A stretch of DNA of 64,000 nucleotides from Phoronis australis (lineage: Eukaryota > Animalia > Phoronida): contig NMRA01000012.1 of the NCBI GenBank assembly GCA_002633005.1, positions 1,353,173-1,417,172 on the forward strand. Direction: 5' to 3'. Below are positions 26,735-39,190 of this stretch, piece by piece (the stretch's first letter is position 1; each line of letters starts with the position of its first letter). The position numbers and the translations under genes were made by a program. The notes under the pieces are model-generated. The model was not told where the DNA came from and did no database searches. It saw only the letters and a list, made by a program, of their open reading frames with translations.

Positions 26735-28020
26735 CGCCGAAGGCAGCGCAGACGCGGACTGACAGCAGGTAGGCTGGCCTGGTCGAAGCTGCCGAAGACA
26801 GCGCAGACGCGGACTGACAGCAGATAGGCGGACCTGGTCCAAGCTGCCGAAGGCAGCGCAGACGCGGACCGACGGCAGGTAAGCGGGCCTGGTCCAAGCT
26901 GACGAAGGCAGCGCAGACGCGGACCGACGGCAGATAGGCGGGCCTGGTCGAAACTGCCGAAGGCAGCGAAGACGCCGACCGACGGCAGGTAGGAGAGCCT
27001 CGTCCAAGCTGCAGCAGGCAGCGCAGACGTGGACCGACGTAGCAGGCCTTTTAGGCGGGCCTTGGCCAAGCTCAGTGCCGAAGGCAGCGCAGACGCGGAC
27101 CGGCGTAGCAAGGGGGCGGGCCTTGGCCAAGCTGCCGAAGTCGGCGCAGACGCGGACAGACGTAGCAGGTATAGGCGGGCCTCGGCCAAGCTGCCCAAAG
27201 GGAGCGCAGACGGGGACAGGCGTGGCAGGTAGGCGGGCATTGGACAAGCTGCAGAAGGCAGCGCAGAGACGGGCAGACGTACAGGTATGGGGGCCTCAGC
27301 CAAGCTGCCGTAGCCAGTGCAGACACGGACCGACGAAGCACGGGTAGGCGGACCTCGGCCAATTTGAAGCTGCCGAAGGCAGCGCAACCGCGGACTGACG
27401 TAGAAGGTATGTACAGACGGGCCTCGGCCAAGCTGCCGAAGGCAGCGCAAATGAGAGGCGGCCTGAGTACGTAGCAGGTATGGGGGCCTCGGCCCCACTA
27501 GCTGCCGAAGCCAGCGCAGACGGACGCGGACCGACGCAGCAGGTACCTAGGCGGGACTCGGCGTAGCTGCCGAAGGCATCGCAGACGCAGACCAGCGTAG
27601 CAGGTTGGCTGGCCTCAGTCGGCCAAGCTGCCGAATTAAGGCAGCGCAGACGCCGGACCCGCGTAGCATGAGGTAGGCGGGCCTCGACGGACCAAGCTGC
27701 CGAACTCGGGGCCTCGGCCAAGCTGCCGGAGGAAGAGCAGACGCGGACCGGCGTTGCAGGTAGGAGCCCCTCGATCGGCCAAGCTGCCGAAGGCAGCGCG
27801 GACGCTTACCGACGTAGCAGGTAGGCGGGGCCTCGGCCAAGCTGCCGATGGCAGCGGAGACGCCGCCGACCGACTTAGCCGGTAGGCGGGCCCCGCCAAG
27901 CTGCCGAAGGAAGCGCAGACGCCGACCGACTTAGCCGGTAGGTGGGCCTCGGCCAAGCTGTCTAAGGCAGCGCAGACGCGGACCGACGTAGCAGGTTGGC
28001 GGGCCTCGACCAAGCTGCTG
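26735..28020. repeat. GC-rich minisatellite, 55-62-bp unit (GCTGCCGAAGGCAGCGCAGACGCGGACCGACGTAGCAGGTAGGCGGGCCTCGGCCAA), roughly 22 copies
   Basis: The unit recurs at 26788, 26843, 26898, 26953, 27008 (55-bp spacing) and then at 57-62-bp spacing. It explains all the repetitive ORFs in 26572-28190. Confidence 0.95.
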
Positions 28021-28647
28021 ATGTTACATCTGCAGAGGAATTCAGTTACTACCATTGACCATGCATTTTGTGACCTTGAACGACGTTTGGATTCATCCAC
28101 TAAGCTGTGTCTTTCTTGATATATTAGGGTTTGTGTTAGTACGTTAGTGTAGTTGTTATTCGGATTAGAAAGAGTACGTGTTAAAACCAACGCAACTCTA
28201 CCAGCAAGTTATAATTAACAAAGGTCCAGTGCAAGGGAATGGTAATACTTTTGATAGATGCATAGATCTATCCATTAGAATACATGGCGTCATCACGACC
28301 CAAACACTAACACTCGAGTACTGTTGTTACAGAGGAGAAGTGTAACTGCACGTATCAAGCAGACCAAAACGTTATCATTAAAAAGTTACACATCTGTATT
28401 TTTCTTCATGTAAGACACCATCTCATGGTGCGCACCCTCATGGAAGAAGCAAATTCCGGGGTTGTTTTACATTTTGACTCTGGTGTCATTTTGTGTTGGT
28501 GGTCCTGCGACATCTTTGATTCACTGACAGTGCATGGTGGCGAGGTCAGGGTCCTGCTTGTTAAGGTACTGTACTACCCCAGATAAAACGTTTACATTTC
28601 CCCTAACTTTGTAGGTTGATATCTCAGAAATAGATGCTCAAATTAAT

Positions 28648-30061
28648 GTAAAATTTCAAATACTCTGATTTACATATCGTTCACGAAATGAATATGAAAT
28701 GATTATAGTTTAGAACATTAACAGTGTTTCTGAGATCACTTCTGGAACATTTTCATTAAATGAATTTTGACCCTGTTATTAATACCGTTGTCTTACAATC
28801 AATATTCCTTTGTTCATTGGAAACATGTTATCGTTTTAAGAGATCGGGTCTTTAAACCAGGTGTGAAACAGTGTACATGAATAAAGACAGATGCCTGAAT
28901 GACTAGCGAGTAGAAATTTCACTTCGCTTTTCCAACTCAATGAGCAAGTGTTCAGTCTTATTTTGATGGGTCATACGAGTACACACATGTCTAGTCGAAA
29001 CTGGTAACTTCCAGCTTGTTACAGCTGAACGGCACCATACCTTTTGACTCTGTTGTTATTCGTGTTAGTTGTCTTGCAGCACCTGTCGTATACTGCGCCA
29101 CTGCTCGCGACGTGAGGACCGAATGTTAATGGTATACTGGTCAGCCAAAGTCCAGTAGTTCGATGAATTGCTAATTCGGTAAAAAATCTACAATAAGGTT
29201 GAAATGAAGTCAAGCCTTTTTGAGAAGCGATAAAACCTATAGCACCTCAATTGACATCCACAAGTGAGAAAGATTGAGTGTCGAATGTTTGAAATCATGG
29301 TCTTCATGGTTGCGAAGGTTTGCAAGTTCACAAATCCATAAATCCGAAGATCCACACAAGTACGAAAATCAATTAGTCCGAAAGATGAAAGTACGAACTT
29401 TCATTACGTAAAATTTTCAAATACTCTGATTTACGCATCGGTCACGAAACGAAAATGAAATGATTATAGTTTAGAACATTACAGATCACCTACAGAACAT
29501 TTTCGTCAAATGAATTTCGACCTTGTTATTAATATCGTTGTCTTACAATCAATATTACTTTGTTTTTTGCAAACATTTTATTGTTTTTAAGAGATAGGGC
29601 CTTTAAACCAGGTGTGAAACAGTGTACATGAATAAAGACAGATGCCCGAATGACTGGCGAGTAGGATTTTCACTTCGCTTTTCCAAATCAAGCAAGTGTT
29701 CAGTCATATTTTGATGGCTCATAAGAGTGCACACATGTAGTCGAAACCGGTAACTTCCGGCTTGTTACAGCTGAACAGCACCATACCTTTTAAGTCTGCT
29801 GTTATTCGTGTTCAGTGGTCCTGCAGCACTTTTCGTATACTGCCAGTGCTCGCGACGACGTCAAGTACCGCATGTTAATGGTGTACTAGTCATCCAAATT
29901 CCAGTGGTTCGACGCATGGCCAACTCGGTAAAAAATCTACAATAAGTCAAGCCTTTAGAAGTGATAAAACCCATAGCACCTGAACTGGCAACTACAAGTG
30001 AGAAAGTGTGAGGGCTGAAGTTATGAAATCACGGTCTTCGTGGTTGCAAAGGGTTGCAAGT
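28648..30061. repeat. Diverged direct tandem duplication of ~650-680 bp (28648-29328 vs 29408-30061)
   Basis: Shared blocks such as gtaaaattt(t)caaatactctgatttac, ctttaaaccaggtgtgaaacagtgtacatgaataaagacagatgcc, cttgttacagctgaac.gcaccataccttt and ggtcttc.tggttgc.aag..ttgcaagt. Many substitutions and indels, so not an assembly duplicate. Confidence 0.85.
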
Positions 30062-31139
30062 CCAGAAGAATTGTTAGTTGTAAACTTGCGCGCACCCAGC
30101 CTTTAATATGGGAAGGGGGGGGGGGGGGGGNGGGGCTCGAAATTTTAACGATGCGCACCTTTTGCTAACAAAAAAGCGGCAGGACTAAAAAACAAAAAAA
30201 CGGGTACCACCTTCAGGACTGTGAACTGTGCGTCTGCGTCTTTTCGGGTGGACTTATCTCGTTTTCTGGGAATTTTTGTTTCTCTGTGACTAAGATGCTG
30301 TGAAGTATCCCATATGGTCAAATTTGGCTAACTTTGGAACGTCTTGGTCAGCGTATAAATAGTTACTTCCCGTGTGGGTACTGTTTTCAAAAACACTGTT
30401 TTAAAACGTTCCACTTTTGCATGATATTTTGCTGAGAATTCTGTAACAGTGGCGTTTTTGAACATTTATATAGTGAAATAAAAATTTGATCACCTGTTGC
30501 TCAATGTAGCTTTCTTTTTCAATTTTACTAATAGGACACGGTCACGTGACCAAATTAATAGCAGGGTTGGTAAAAAGTAAAAAAAAAAAGAAATTCCACA
30601 GACTTTCCACTTTCAGAAAATAGGCCTATACCGTACTTTTACAGATTGAGCTAGGAAAATCTCCGCGTCCGTTTTCAGTCTAGCTGCTTATTATGCAGTA
30701 TAAGTTCCTACATAACCTTAATGGTTCACTAAGGCCTAACCTGGCTCCCAGTGCTCACACTCGCAGAGATCACTAATCTATATAGTGTCTGTGCAGGAGA
30801 CAGTCACTAGGCCTTGTTTACTGAAGAAGGACTATGAGTGATCGAAGTTTTGAAGTTCGCCTTGGACGGTGCAGATCCTGGGTACACACACCGCTGGGAA
30901 CACGTCATCGGAATCAACAGTGATGAACGTATCTTTCTTCTTTTAATGAACATTTTGATTTACAAATTTAAAATTAGTGTTTGAATGGCGTGCAGCGCCA
31001 ATGTCCTTTTCATGTCTGCTATTTAGTTACATTGATCTCTCACAGAGGGCGCAACAATAAAAACTGACAAACAGACAGACATAAAAGAAGGAAGCCGACA
31101 GGACCTTAGTGCTTAGCAGCAAAAAGAACTTGCTATAAA

Positions 31140-34100
31140 ATGCTTATCAAAGTAAAGGTAAACGTCAAACCTCAACTTGTTTACAACTTAAAGCATCCCT
31201 ATTTCTTAGATGCTCACTTAACGATATCCTTCGAATTCGAATGTGAAGTGTTTCAAGAGAGAATCTGATAGAGATTCAGTTTGTGACCAAAAAATAAAAA
31301 TCCAACAAATGACTGTTCTCGCATACTTTCGCAGGTGGAACCCTCGACGATATACTACAAGAGGGCTGATTAAAGGTGTCTATGGGTTGAATGACAGAGA
31401 CGTCCTTGTTGTCGTGTCAAAACTGTCATTGAAAATGAAAATCAAGTATTATTATTCGTCACTAAAGGCCATTCCCATACAGTTAACTCCAAAGTTGATG
31501 TTAGCTGTAGTTAACCTTACTGTTTACTGTAGTTAACCGCTAAGTGTTGCCATCAGTTTCGGCGTTGTTCAAAAAACTATAGATCACATATTACAAGGTA
31601 CCGCTAATCGGTCTCGTGCCTTGCTGTCAAGCCTGTCAAGGAAGTCTCCACAAATGGAAACTAGAACATCAACTTCAGGAGCCAACAGTTGCCACGTTGA
31701 GTTGATGATGTTTTACTATAAGATGACATATTGAAAAACTTGACTCTTGAGTAGGCTAACAGCTGATCTGAACAAAGGCGGTATGGCGCATGGCGGATAC
31801 TCGTTTTGCCACCTTCAGTCATTTTTAATGTAAAGAATCCAGTGCAAATACCTAGGTTTTACATTGAAGAGACTACCAAGATTTAAAAAATATTAATATT
31901 GCCAATGAGTTAGTAAATGAAGGAACACTTCGGAAAAGAAACCGCGATTGTCAGAGTATTTGTTCTAGTCAAGATTTATTGGAAAATTTACCAAAAATTG
32001 TTTCGTGGCATGTACACAGTACAAACCCTGCTAGTAATTGACTAAAATTTTCTTGATCTTTAGTTTTGTGGGGAAATTTGACTTAATGTGAGCTAAATAA
32101 GTGAAGAATTACTGTACTGATGGTTTAGCTAGGGCATCTCGTAATTTGCCAAAAAGTTTCCAGCGTGCACGAAATATTAGGATGTGTGATGGCCTGTGGT
32201 TGTCAAGGCTTTTATTGTGTGGCATGTAAAGTCTGCTAATGGTGCTTTTTTCAAGTTCATTTGAGAAGCCTTTGAAACTGAAAACATTGAGTTCGGGTAA
32301 TCAAAACTGAATTTTGATTCACCATCAGATAATTTCTCTTTGTATTTTCATGTGCTGTTTCTTTTTCTGGTTTCATCTATTGGTGATGACAGACACTAAC
32401 AGGAAAGGAGGTAAGATACTTGCATTGTTACTCGCGATGGTTTTGTAAGGTCCCATGCACCGCTTGTGAAGCTGAATTTGATTCTTATGGAGTAAATCAA
32501 GTTAGGGTTAGGTGAATCTGACTGTTGAAGTGGTCAGCATACTTCATTCTGTTCATGGTGTTACCATGTGGATAGGAATAATAACTTGCTGTATTAAATT
32601 ACCAAAACAAAGGGTTCTACCTCAGAACATGAAGTAAAACAATAGTTTTTGAAGATGGTGCTGCACAGGGCTTCAGTTTCAATGAATTTTTGAAAACTTA
32701 CAGATATCTACAAAATTTTGGTATTTTTCGAATATTTGATTATAAATTGCCGAAATTATATAACTTTAATTGACTGAAGCAATACAAAGTAGAGATTGTG
32801 ATTGAAATGGCTTTTACGGTAAAATTGCTCTCATTTCATACAAAACTGATCGCCAAATTGTCCGTCTTTACTGTTTGAAATTCTGAAATTGTTATCCATG
32901 CCCGCTGACATTCAAAAATCTATTACTGTACAGCTTGGTACAGAACATGAAAATTGTATTGCAATACTGGTACTTATATTCTTTATTGTTGAAGCAAAAC
33001 TTTACAAGCCTCCAGCAGATGTAGGGAGAAAATGACATAACCCTATTGTTTACAATCTGTTTACAAACCAAGTCAGATGCTTTGAACTTAATTTCCTCAA
33101 AATTTCTGTTGACAGTACCTCCTCACAATGTGACAATTTTAGCCAATGCTCGATTTTTCCTTTTCAGATAGAGATAGACATTGAGCCGTCAGACAAGGTA
33201 AGTGTGGTCCGTGTCGCAGTGTTTGTAGTCAACTGGCAATGAGATACCCTTGTCCATTTTCGCTGATGCCTGTACTATGACACGGCTGAAATTTACCGTG
33301 GTGACAAGCAAACTTCACTAGCCTGGTCTGAAGCAATAGTGAGCTGTCAGTTCTTATCAAGGCCAGAAGTCATTTTGTTATCTGAAAAAGGAACAATAAT
33401 GAGGCCGATTTTATAGTGGTACCTGTCCTAAATTAAAAGTTTTCCACAGAAGGCATGGGTTTGTTGCCCCTTTTATTGGTTGCAAAATACAAGTACATAT
33501 TAAGCTAAGTTATGTTTGTGCAGAGAACCACTGTGCGTGTTCTGTGTTACTGTGAACCCTGAACAGGATTAAATGTGACATAACTCGATCGCATTTATTG
33601 GTGAGATGTTGCCGATTAATTTTTTACGAAGCCTAACTTTATCGTCACACTTTCTCTGGGTCTCTTGTAGGTGGAGCGGATAAAGGAGCGAGTAGAGGAG
33701 AAAGAGGGGATCCCACCCCCTCAACAGAGACTCATCTTTAGTGGGAAGCAAATGTGAGTACTGCAGATCAGATGGTGGTAAGCGACCTAGTTTGAAAGTC
33801 TGTGGCTTTGAAAATGACTAAAATAGAATGAACTGGGACTTTTAAAGACATACGCAGTGCCATACTTGTAATTGGTTCGTGTTTTATAGTGGAGCCCTTT
33901 GTTTTGATTCTGTTGTACTCTAGTCTGGTTGTACACGACCTGATATTCTTTATTACACGTGATAGCACAATGTTGCTAAGTGGGATAATTCAACGCTGAT
34001 AACTTCATCTATCGCAGTTTGAACTTTGTAATATTGGCTTGACCTAATTAGCACATGGTCTTTAAATCTCTACATATGTGTTGGTGTTCAGTAGCAGGTG

Positions 34101-35790
34101 GGTGGTGCTGTACAAGATAAACATAATGAGACAAAATACCATTACCCTGTCATGACCACGAATTCTGTCAACAGTAAAAATGTCTGGTAAGGGCTATTTC
34201 AGCAAAATCTGCATGGGGGGGGGGGTGGGACGGCAGTTGAAATAAAAATTTATGGGCGGTGGTTCTTGTAAGAAGTAAAGCATTAAAACTTGGTGGTATT
34301 TTTTGACCTGTAAATGTTGACAGGTGGGTATTTTCAGCCAAACACATCTCAAAAGAAATCAAAACTCAACAAAAATTCACTTAGCAGATAATACCCTACA
34401 TATCCCAAAACAAAAAACAAGCCCATGTTGCTAGTGTACAGAGTTCAATATGTACACTGTGCCATTAATCAAGTCATGGGCAACTTGATTACAAGCACAT
34501 ATTGTACTGCAGTCATATTAGAATGAAAATTACTGCAACACCAAACTGGTGTTAACAAATATAAGATTGATGATTTTTAAATAAAAAGTATGAGGAGTCA
34601 GATAGACAAGTTCCAATATTCACTTGACATAGCAGTCCAACAGCATTTGTGGAGACAGTTTGAGATTCATAGATCCATGAAATTGAAAAATCTTATTGAA
34701 ATTACAGACATGTGGTGGACAGAGACACCTGGTGGCTGCCAAAAGTATTGCTCACAGGTGTCTTTGAAAAGCAAGTAACTGACACGAGTTGTGATCTCAC
34801 ATGGAATTTTTCTGCACCCACAAAAACTTTGTGGTCGATTGGTCTGTCATTATCATTTCTTGTCTCAAGAACCACTTGGCTGATCATGATGAAAGTTGGT
34901 ATAGAGGTATTTGGTGGGGATGCGCCAGCACCAGTGGATTTTCGGGCGGATTTGGCAACCTTGGTACCCCCTGTTTGCCGCTTTTAGTTTTTGACAAGCC
35001 ATTCCTTGTGTGTTGATTATTTCAAAAACTGCTCAACAGATCAGGATGAAATTCGGAACAGAAGTATATGGCAAGAATGTGCCGGCGCCAGTCAATTTTG
35101 GATGTATTCAAGTACTGTGGATCCCCGTTAGTTTTCGACTGCTCAAGTCATTACTTGTCCGTCGATTATCTTGAAACCGCTTAACGGATCCTGATGACCT
35201 TTGGCAGAGATAGACGGCTGGCATGCACCAGCACCAATTGATATTCGGACAGATTTGGTTACCGTAGCATCCCCTGTTGGCCATTTTATTTTTTAACGAG
35301 ACCGGTTGATTATCTCAAAAACTGCATTTTATATTTCAACCTAACTAAAAATTATGGGTCGTGGGTTGGAGAAAGAAAAGGAAAATATGGACGGTGGATA
35401 AGAAATGAAAGTGCCTTTCCCCCTCCCATACATGTTTTACTGGAACAGCCCTAATAAGTATTAGGTCGGGAAAATTCTAATTACGGAATGGCTTAGCCAC
35501 CTCACTAACTTGCCTGTTAATTCACCTTCATTCTCAGTCATCAGGGGAGACTACTCCAACGATGAACTCGCCTTCTTCCTAGCACTTATAATGGGGATTA
35601 CTTTGTCTCATTACTTTTGGCTTGTAGTGTTAAAGTAGTCTTGGGTGAATTGATAAACTCGTGTATTTGAGTGTTGTTCCTTCTAAAGGGCTTTCCATGT
35701 TGTAGGAATGATGACAAGACGGCTGCTGATTATAAAGTGCATGGCGGTTCAGTGCTGCATTTAGTCCTGGCATTACGAGGAGGTGTATGA
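31140..35790 (+). CDS. NEDD8: NEDD8 ubiquitin-like protein, 77 aa; exons 31140-31157, 32393-32410, 33168-33197, 33671-33753, 35706-35790
   Basis: Spliced translation MLIKVK|TLTGKE|[10 protein letters not shown]|[28 protein letters not shown]|[27 protein letters not shown]. All introns are GT-AG and phases are consistent (234 nt). The sequence is near-identical to NEDD8, including the LALRGG end (Ala72 rather than the Arg72 of ubiquitin). Confidence 0.97.
34191..35451. mobile_element. PIF/Harbinger-like non-autonomous element with TAA TSD in NEDD8 intron 4, containing ~150-bp internal tandem repeats (34860-35330)
   Basis: taa|GGGCTATTTCAGCAAAATCTGCATGGGG ... CCCTCCCATACATGTTTTACTGGAACAGCCC|taa. 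A GGG-starting TIR with a 3-bp TWA TSD is the Harbinger/Tourist signature. Confidence 0.8.
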
Positions 35791-38700
35791 GCATCTAGTG
35801 AGGACAGTAAACTCAGTAGTGTTTCACATTTGTAATGTGAATCATTGAAATGTGAAGCACTGTGTTGGAAGTGGGTAGCTGCCATGGCACTCACAGTACA
35901 TTGTAGTCATTTTCTATCGACACATACGAGATTTTCGTTGAAGTAGACAGGTTGCTTCAAAAGGTTGAAGTCCTTTCGATTCATGTTTTGGTCTGTAATA
36001 TGTGCCTGTGTCTGACAACTATTGTTTTGTTTATGTATGGAGAAAAATAGAAATACAAATACAAAAATGGCTAGTTTTGAGTTCCTATCACATAAAGAAG
36101 AGGCTAAACTCACACAGTTACAACCGAGAGCCATGTTAAACAAATAAAAGGTGGCGCTAAAGGTCAGCTTCTCTCCATTTGAATACTTGGAGAACTGCAA
36201 TATAGGGTCTTTGTGGTACTTCTTGAAGGGCATTCTTTCACTCATCCATTTAATTTGAACCTGTGTATAGGGGTGCATTCTGTAGATGAACAAGTTTCTT
36301 GTAAGAAAACCAAGATCACATTAGTGTTTTTAGTGTTTCAGGAAAATTCTCACTACCTTAGAAGCGTAGACTAGCAAAATGGCCTCCGACAGATGTGATT
36401 GTTGAGGTTGTAATGTTGAATTATCGGAGAGGATGCTATGCATGAAATTGGAATCTTGCTTAATCTCAAGATCGCTTATGCGTGAACTTGGAATACCCTC
36501 GGAAACTTGATAAGTTCACTCAAATAATCATGTTCACATTGACAAAAATTTGCATTGCACTAAATCAGATAGAGTATACCAATCTTTTTCAACTATTAAC
36601 GATCTTATCATCACCAAAACATAATTGATTTAAACATTCACATAAACCTCAGATTATTTCGCACAAGTTACGGTAAAGAAGAAAATGGGTGATCAGGAAA
36701 CCAATAATTGCAAAAATTCTTTACACTGACCAAAAAAATTCATATGATTGCCCAAATGAATATTCAGTTCGCGATCTTGAGATTAAGCAGGATTCTTAGT
36801 TCACGCACAGCAGATTTGTCACTGCGTCTAGTAAGTATCTTGCGCTTCACAGCACGCACCAATGTTAATGATTGCTGCACCACTGGCCATTCTGTAGGCA
36901 AGCTTTTGGTTGAATGCCTATCAGGCCAAAGATAAGAATATGACTAATGGCTACCTGGGTGCCCTGTGTATATAAAGAACATGCCTACCTGGGTGCCCTG
37001 TGTATAGAAAGACAACATAATCTAACCAGTTCATAGCATTTATTTCAAATAACTTTGATAAATATCTTACATACCTCCAACGCCCAACCATGTTTGCCAT
37101 ATGAATTATCAGAAGCCTAAAACAATGTAAATGGCAGATTGAACAGAACTGACTACTGTACAGTCCTGTTGCAGAGACAGTGAATTATGTCTTGCGAACG
37201 CAACGGTACTTCTAAAATTACAGATGCTTTCGTAAAAAGCTTTTCTAGTAAAAGACTAAAAATTTCAACATCACTTCTGAAAAGTTTTAAAATCCGAACT
37301 TCAGTGTTGAAATGTCAACTGTATATGCCATTGAATTCAACTGTGGGGAAGCAGACCAGCGTTTCATGGAAGGATAACGTATAACATGATTAAATCACAC
37401 ACGGTTTTCTGCTGGAACAATAATGATTTTGAAACGCAACAGACTCAAACAGCTCACTTGGTTCAGGTCAACAGATACGGCTTTGAATGATATGCACTAA
37501 ATTACGCCAAAAATGAAAAGTGCACGTAGACATTGGCATTTTATGAAACCCACTTTCTAAATTGATCAATTGGTATTTTGTCAACTTGTGACTATTTTTG
37601 CGTCCCCGCTTAAAATTCAATAGGGTCAAACATAATTTCAGGCCTGTGTGTGTTTATTCTCAAGTGCAAATGCATATGCCGATTATTTAAAAAGTAATTA
37701 ATATTTTATGAAAATAAGCCATACCACTGCACCACTTTAGGGGACTTGAGCTTATTTTCTTATTTCAGAAAAAAGTAATAACTTAAAGCTACATTACGCT
37801 TTGTTCTACAGGTTTTTAAAAAACAAAAAATCAATTTAGGCCGAGGCTTTTACTCTCCAAAAATAAGTCTCGGAACATTTTATTTCCTTCAGCAACAAGA
37901 ACATGCAAACCATCAGCAACCCAAGAAAATGCTTCGTTTATTGGGGAATGTATTGCCAGAGTCTTGTGTTGCCAGCTCATTTGGAAACAATTGAAGCTTG
38001 GATGTACGTGGTACTGTTTTTAACCTCTTAAGTCCTTGGTTAAAAACTCAGCATTGGCAGTTAAATGTGCAAAATGCAGCTAAAAAGGGCACACCACAAA
38101 ACACGTTTCTCAAAAGAATGTAGTGACCAGAAATGATTTACAGGAACCATAAGGGGTAGCTAATGAATGGTACACATTATGTCAGATCTTCAATATATTC
38201 GAACGGAGTTCCATGACACGGGTGTTATAGTTTATAGTTCATGCAGATCTTTAAATAACAATATAAGCCAGATGTTGCCTGCTCAAATAAAATCTCTGTC
38301 CACTTGGATCTGACGTGTGAGGTACCCCCGACTAGTTCGAGGTACCCGAAGTCACTGGGTGTGGGTAGATATTTTAAAATAATTTCCGATACTAAAGACA
38401 AGATACTACCACAACAGAATGGTCCTGTTTAACTATTATAGTTGATCATTGTGCACAATTAGAGCAGTTTTGCTGCACCAGCTGCAAACAATATCACTAA
38501 TCTCTTTTCATTACATTTACCTAAAAAAATTTCATTCATCAATGACACAGCAGCATTGTCTTGTACACAGAGCTATAAAAGTAAATATTAACACGTTTAA
38601 ATAAATACCCATTCCCAGAAGCATACTAAACGTCCTAACACATGAGTTGTAGAAGGATGATACTTGATGAGCAATGGTCAAGGTGACTCCAAATGGACAT

Positions 38701-39190
38701 CTAACAATATATTGATGCATATTCAAGTGCCACAAGTAAACTCATTACATACAGTTTATGACAAAAGTACGGTAAAAAGTCACAAATTTCGGACAGCAAT
38801 AACTGCCAAAAATGCCATGTTACCAGTGCACTCTCAAGGTTACACATTGTGAGTGACCAGAAGTTTTCGAAATTTTGTGAGATGGTAGATATCATACAAA
38901 ACATGAACACTGTAAAGCATTAATTGTGTGCACTTTATCTTATAAGATAACAACAGCTGTCGGCCATATCGTGTCCTAAATTGATGAGGTTTTACCGTAA
39001 TCGGACAAAATACCATTTCCCCATCATTAGATTAATAACTTAACAATTCACAAGATGGAGAACCATGTATTCAATAACAATCAGAAAATCCAAGTGCGTA
39101 ACAACGGCAACCATGGTGATGTCGATATTCCTTACAACGTAGAAATGTTCATTTCTCGGAAGATAGACGTTCAAGAGCTAGAGGCACACG

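Noticed and set aside
26735-28020. CRISPR-like array or ribozyme satellite
   Set aside because: The sequence between hairpins is also repeated (no unique spacers), there are no cas genes, the context is eukaryotic, and I saw no hammerhead core (CTGANGA...GAAA).
26572-28190. Long Arg/Ala/Pro-rich ORFs (up to 308 aa) on both strands
   Set aside because: They are translations of the GC-rich minisatellite; the same peptides recur in several frames and indels shift frames freely.
36950-37018. Short tandem duplications (34-bp x2 here; 20-bp x2 at 61213-61252)
   Set aside because: Real but ordinary slippage products with no sign of function.
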